Shown: positions 55,985 to 57,987 of the stretch, in pieces
How the letters are laid out: each line of letters begins with the position of its first letter
How positions within the stretch are numbered: the first letter of the stretch is position 1
Origin: an uncultured Desulfobacterales bacterium
GTDB taxonomy: Bacteria > Desulfobacterota > DSM-4660 > Desulfatiglandales > Desulfatiglandaceae
NCBI GenBank assembly: GCA_964591255.1
Contig: CAZQAA010000211.1
Location: forward strand, 1-57,987
Length of the DNA stretch: 57,987 nucleotides
Direction of reading: 5' to 3'
The notes under the pieces: generated by a model
Told to the model about the DNA's origin: nothing
What the model saw: only the letters and a program-made list of their open reading frames with translations
Database searches by the model: none
Program-made: the position numbers and the translations under genes

Positions 55985-57218
55985 GGATAACCTCCTCTTT
56001 TGACAGGGTATCAATTTCATCCTTTGTATATCCGAGTTCTTCCATAATCTCGGCGGTATGTTGGCCAAAGGTGGGCGCCGGAGTGCCCAGGCGCCATTTA
56101 AGATTGCCGAATTCATACGGGGGCCCGGGATAGGTCACTTCTCCGCCGCCTAAGGATTCATGATTGAGGGTCTGCCAGAAATTAAGAGACCTGAGCTGTG
56201 GATTTTCAAACAGGTCTTTACCGTTGCTTACAGGTGAAATAGCCGTTTTGGCTGCTTGGCCCGCATCATAAAGATATAGCTTGTCATGTTTCATTGTGTA
56301 TTGCTCAAAGATCCTGCAGAAGGTCTCATATCCCTCATGCGATGACCGATAAGCGGGTTCTATCCATTTGTCATCGTCGAAGACTTCCCATTCTGCCACA
56401 TTTTCGTTTTTCATCCAGGCTACAAATCTGTCCCACATTCCCTTGTTTTTTCCCATAATTGCAACGATGACCACATAGCCATCCTTACATGGATGGACGG
56501 TGGCAGTGCCCGCCTCCTTGCCCCTTCCGCGCCTGTTTTTTCCCTCTAAATCATAATACTGAATGGCATTTTCAAGGGCCATTCCTACTGCTTCCATACA
56601 AGATATATCTATAAATTGTCCCACACCAGATTTTCGCGCAAACAAGAGTGCTACAGCACTTCCCACCGCTGCATATGCCTCAGCCATTCTATAAGACTGA
56701 TTATCACAGGCCCTCACAGGTTTATCGTTGTCCACGCCCGCCAGAAAGAGGAACCCCCCCAGGGCCGAGCACGTGAGATCCGAACCGGGAAATTCCGAGT
56801 ATGGGCCTATATGTCCAAATGGAGTGATGGATGTATGTACAAGCCTTGGGTTATGGGCGCTCAAAATATCATAAGAAAGCCCGAGGGCTTTCAGGTATCC
56901 GGGAACAAAGCTTTCCAGCAGTATGTCGGCTGAGGCACACAGTTTGCAAAACAGGTCCTTTCCTTCCTCTTTTTCCAGATCCAGGGCCATTCCCCTCTTG
57001 CCGGCATTGTAATAAAGGTATTGTAGGCTTCTTTCCATACCAGGTTCGTTATTGTAGAACGGCCCACGCTTCCTTAAAGGATCTCCAGCTATCGGCTCTA
57101 AATGGATGACATCGGCACCAAGCCCTGCATACAGTTTTGCTGCATATGGACCAAGTTCCCCCGTGAAATCAATAACCCTAACGTCACTCAATGAGTCAGT
57201 GAGTCCTTTTTCAGCCAT
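55971..57218 (-). CDS. Family III (CaiB/BaiF) CoA-transferase, first of a tandem pair (BbsE-position)
   Basis: It reads [38 protein letters not shown]. It is about 415 aa. I prefer the ATG at 57218 because the ORF-track start at 57335 would overlap the SDR gene. Confidence 0.8.
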   Translation of the reverse strand: MAEKGLTDSLSDVRVIDFTGELGPYAAKLYAGLGADVIHLEPIAGDPLRKRGPFYNNEPGMERSLQYLYYNAGKRGMALDLEKEEGKDLFCKLCASADILLESFVPGYLKALGLSYDILSAHNPRLVHTSITPFGHIGPYSEFPGSDLTCSALGGFLFLAGVDNDKPVRACDNQSYRMAEAYAAVGSAVALLFARKSGVGQFIDISCMEAVGMALENAIQYYDLEGKNRRGRGKEAGTATVHPCKDGYVVIVAIMGKNKGMWDRFVAWMKNENVAEWEVFDDDKWIEPAYRSSHEGYETFCRIFEQYTMKHDKLYLYDAGQAAKTAISPVSNGKDLFENPQLRSLNFWQTLNHESLGGGEVTYPGPPYEFGNLKWRLGTPAPTFGQHTAEIMEELGYTKDEIDTLSKEEVIHVGK

Positions 57219-57258
57219 TTTTGCTCTCCTGTCCTTGTAGGCATCAATATATTTTTTT

Positions 57259-57987
57259 CTAACCTGAAAAAAGGCTCCTGCCTCCACAAACATAAAGGAC
57301 CTGTCCCGTAATATATGACGCTTCTTCATCTGCAAAAAACATTACTGCATTGGCAATGTCATCCACATCACCGAGTTTTCCCGTGGGCTGTTTGGAAAGC
57401 AGAAAGTCTTTATTTTTTTCAGGCAGGGCATCCCATAACGGTGTATGGATTAGGCCGGGAGCAATACAATTGGATGTGACTCCTTTCCTACCCAGTTCAA
57501 GGGCCAAAACCCTGGTAAGTCCCACCATACCCGCTTTGGCCGATGAATAAGGCGCCTGACCAGGACCTCCAAGCCAGGCGCGTGAAGCGATGTTTATTAT
57601 ACGTCCGAATCCCTGTTCCACCATATGTCCGTGTACGGCCTGGCTACACAGGAATGTCCCCTTTAGGTTTACATTAATGGTGACGTCCCAATCAGCTTCA
57701 CTGAGTTTCCGTAATGCGCCTGCTTTTTCCATCCCCGCGTTGTTAACCAGGATATCCACTCCGCCTAATTCATCGTTGATCTCGGAAACCATCTTTTCCA
57801 CATCTTCCCTGTTGGTGATGTCACAAACCTTGCCTATGACATCAAGACCTTTTTCTTTAAATTCCCTTACGGTCTCATTCACTTTATCACTGATAATATC
57901 GTTTATTACGATTTTTGCCCCATTTTCGGCCATACGCATTGCAGTTTGTTTACCAATACCGCTTGCAGAACCGGTTACAAGTGCTGT
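57259..57987 (-). CDS. Short-chain dehydrogenase/reductase (FabG-like), 5' end outside the window
   Basis: The reading frame stays open to the window edge and there encodes [13 protein letters not shown] (Rossmann TGxxxGIG). NNAG and the catalytic YSSAK follow, so the Met at 57939 in the ORF track is internal. Confidence 0.85.
   Translation of the reverse strand, partial: TALVTGSASGIGKQTAMRMAENGAKIVINDIISDKVNETVREFKEKGLDVIGKVCDITNREDVEKMVSEINDELGGVDILVNNAGMEKAGALRKLSEADWDVTINVNLKGTFLCSQAVHGHMVEQGFGRIINIASRAWLGGPGQAPYSSAKAGMVGLTRVLALELGRKGVTSNCIAPGLIHTPLWDALPEKNKDFLLSKQPTGKLGDVDDIANAVMFFADEEASYITGQVLYVCGGRSLFSG

Noticed and set aside
1-57987. A whole-window scan for CRISPR arrays, rRNA or tRNA genes, IS elements, transposases, integrases, reverse transcriptases, phage genes and known defence-system genes.
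   Set aside because: None were seen. The only defence- or addiction-type element is the RHH/RelE pair at 239-686.

Overview
This window reads as an ordinary chromosomal segment with about 57 protein genes. I found no rRNA, tRNA, CRISPR array, transposase or integrase on either strand. The gene content suggests an anaerobic deltaproteobacterium (Desulfobacterota, Syntrophales- or Desulfobacterales-like). The clues are selA, a mitochondrial/spd-like EF-G paralog, a pgpA-cinA-thpR-recA-alaS array, EtfAB next to a membrane HdrD/DsrK-like FeS oxidoreductase, and a glutaconyl-CoA-decarboxylase-type carboxyltransferase. This taxonomic call is inference only. Left to right the window contains: a visibly AT-rich accessory stretch (1-3270) with an RHH/RelE toxin-antitoxin pair, a V4R protein coupled to a soluble HAMP protein with a Cys4 tail, and a split permease; a secreted S8 protease behind a sigma-54-type promoter; a six-gene efflux block (RND triad plus MacAB-like ABC pump around one outer-membrane factor); hsp20; an EF-G paralog coupled to a small DnaB-C/KaiC-like P-loop protein; a long minus-strand housekeeping array (selA-gmhA-DHS-like-fmdB-ispF-cysS-uvrB); a thioredoxin system and bamD; the recA region; larC; an acyl-CoA synthetase; a receiver-phosphofructokinase fusion; and a small AT-rich islet with a mini-ORF that mimics the MCP hairpin tip and a DUF3135 gene behind a near-consensus sigma-54 promoter. 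The right end (46-58 kb) is an acyl-CoA catabolic cluster whose gene order (SDR, two family-III CoA-transferases, acyl-CoA dehydrogenase, enoyl-CoA hydratase, etfBA, membrane FeS oxidoreductase) mirrors bbsD-H of the anaerobic benzylsuccinate pathway. The best candidates for something undescribed are that bbs-like module (substrate unknown), the REC-PFK fusion, the V4R/HAMP-Cys4 pair and the EF-G/P-loop pair. All family assignments come from motif recognition by eye. No database search was run.
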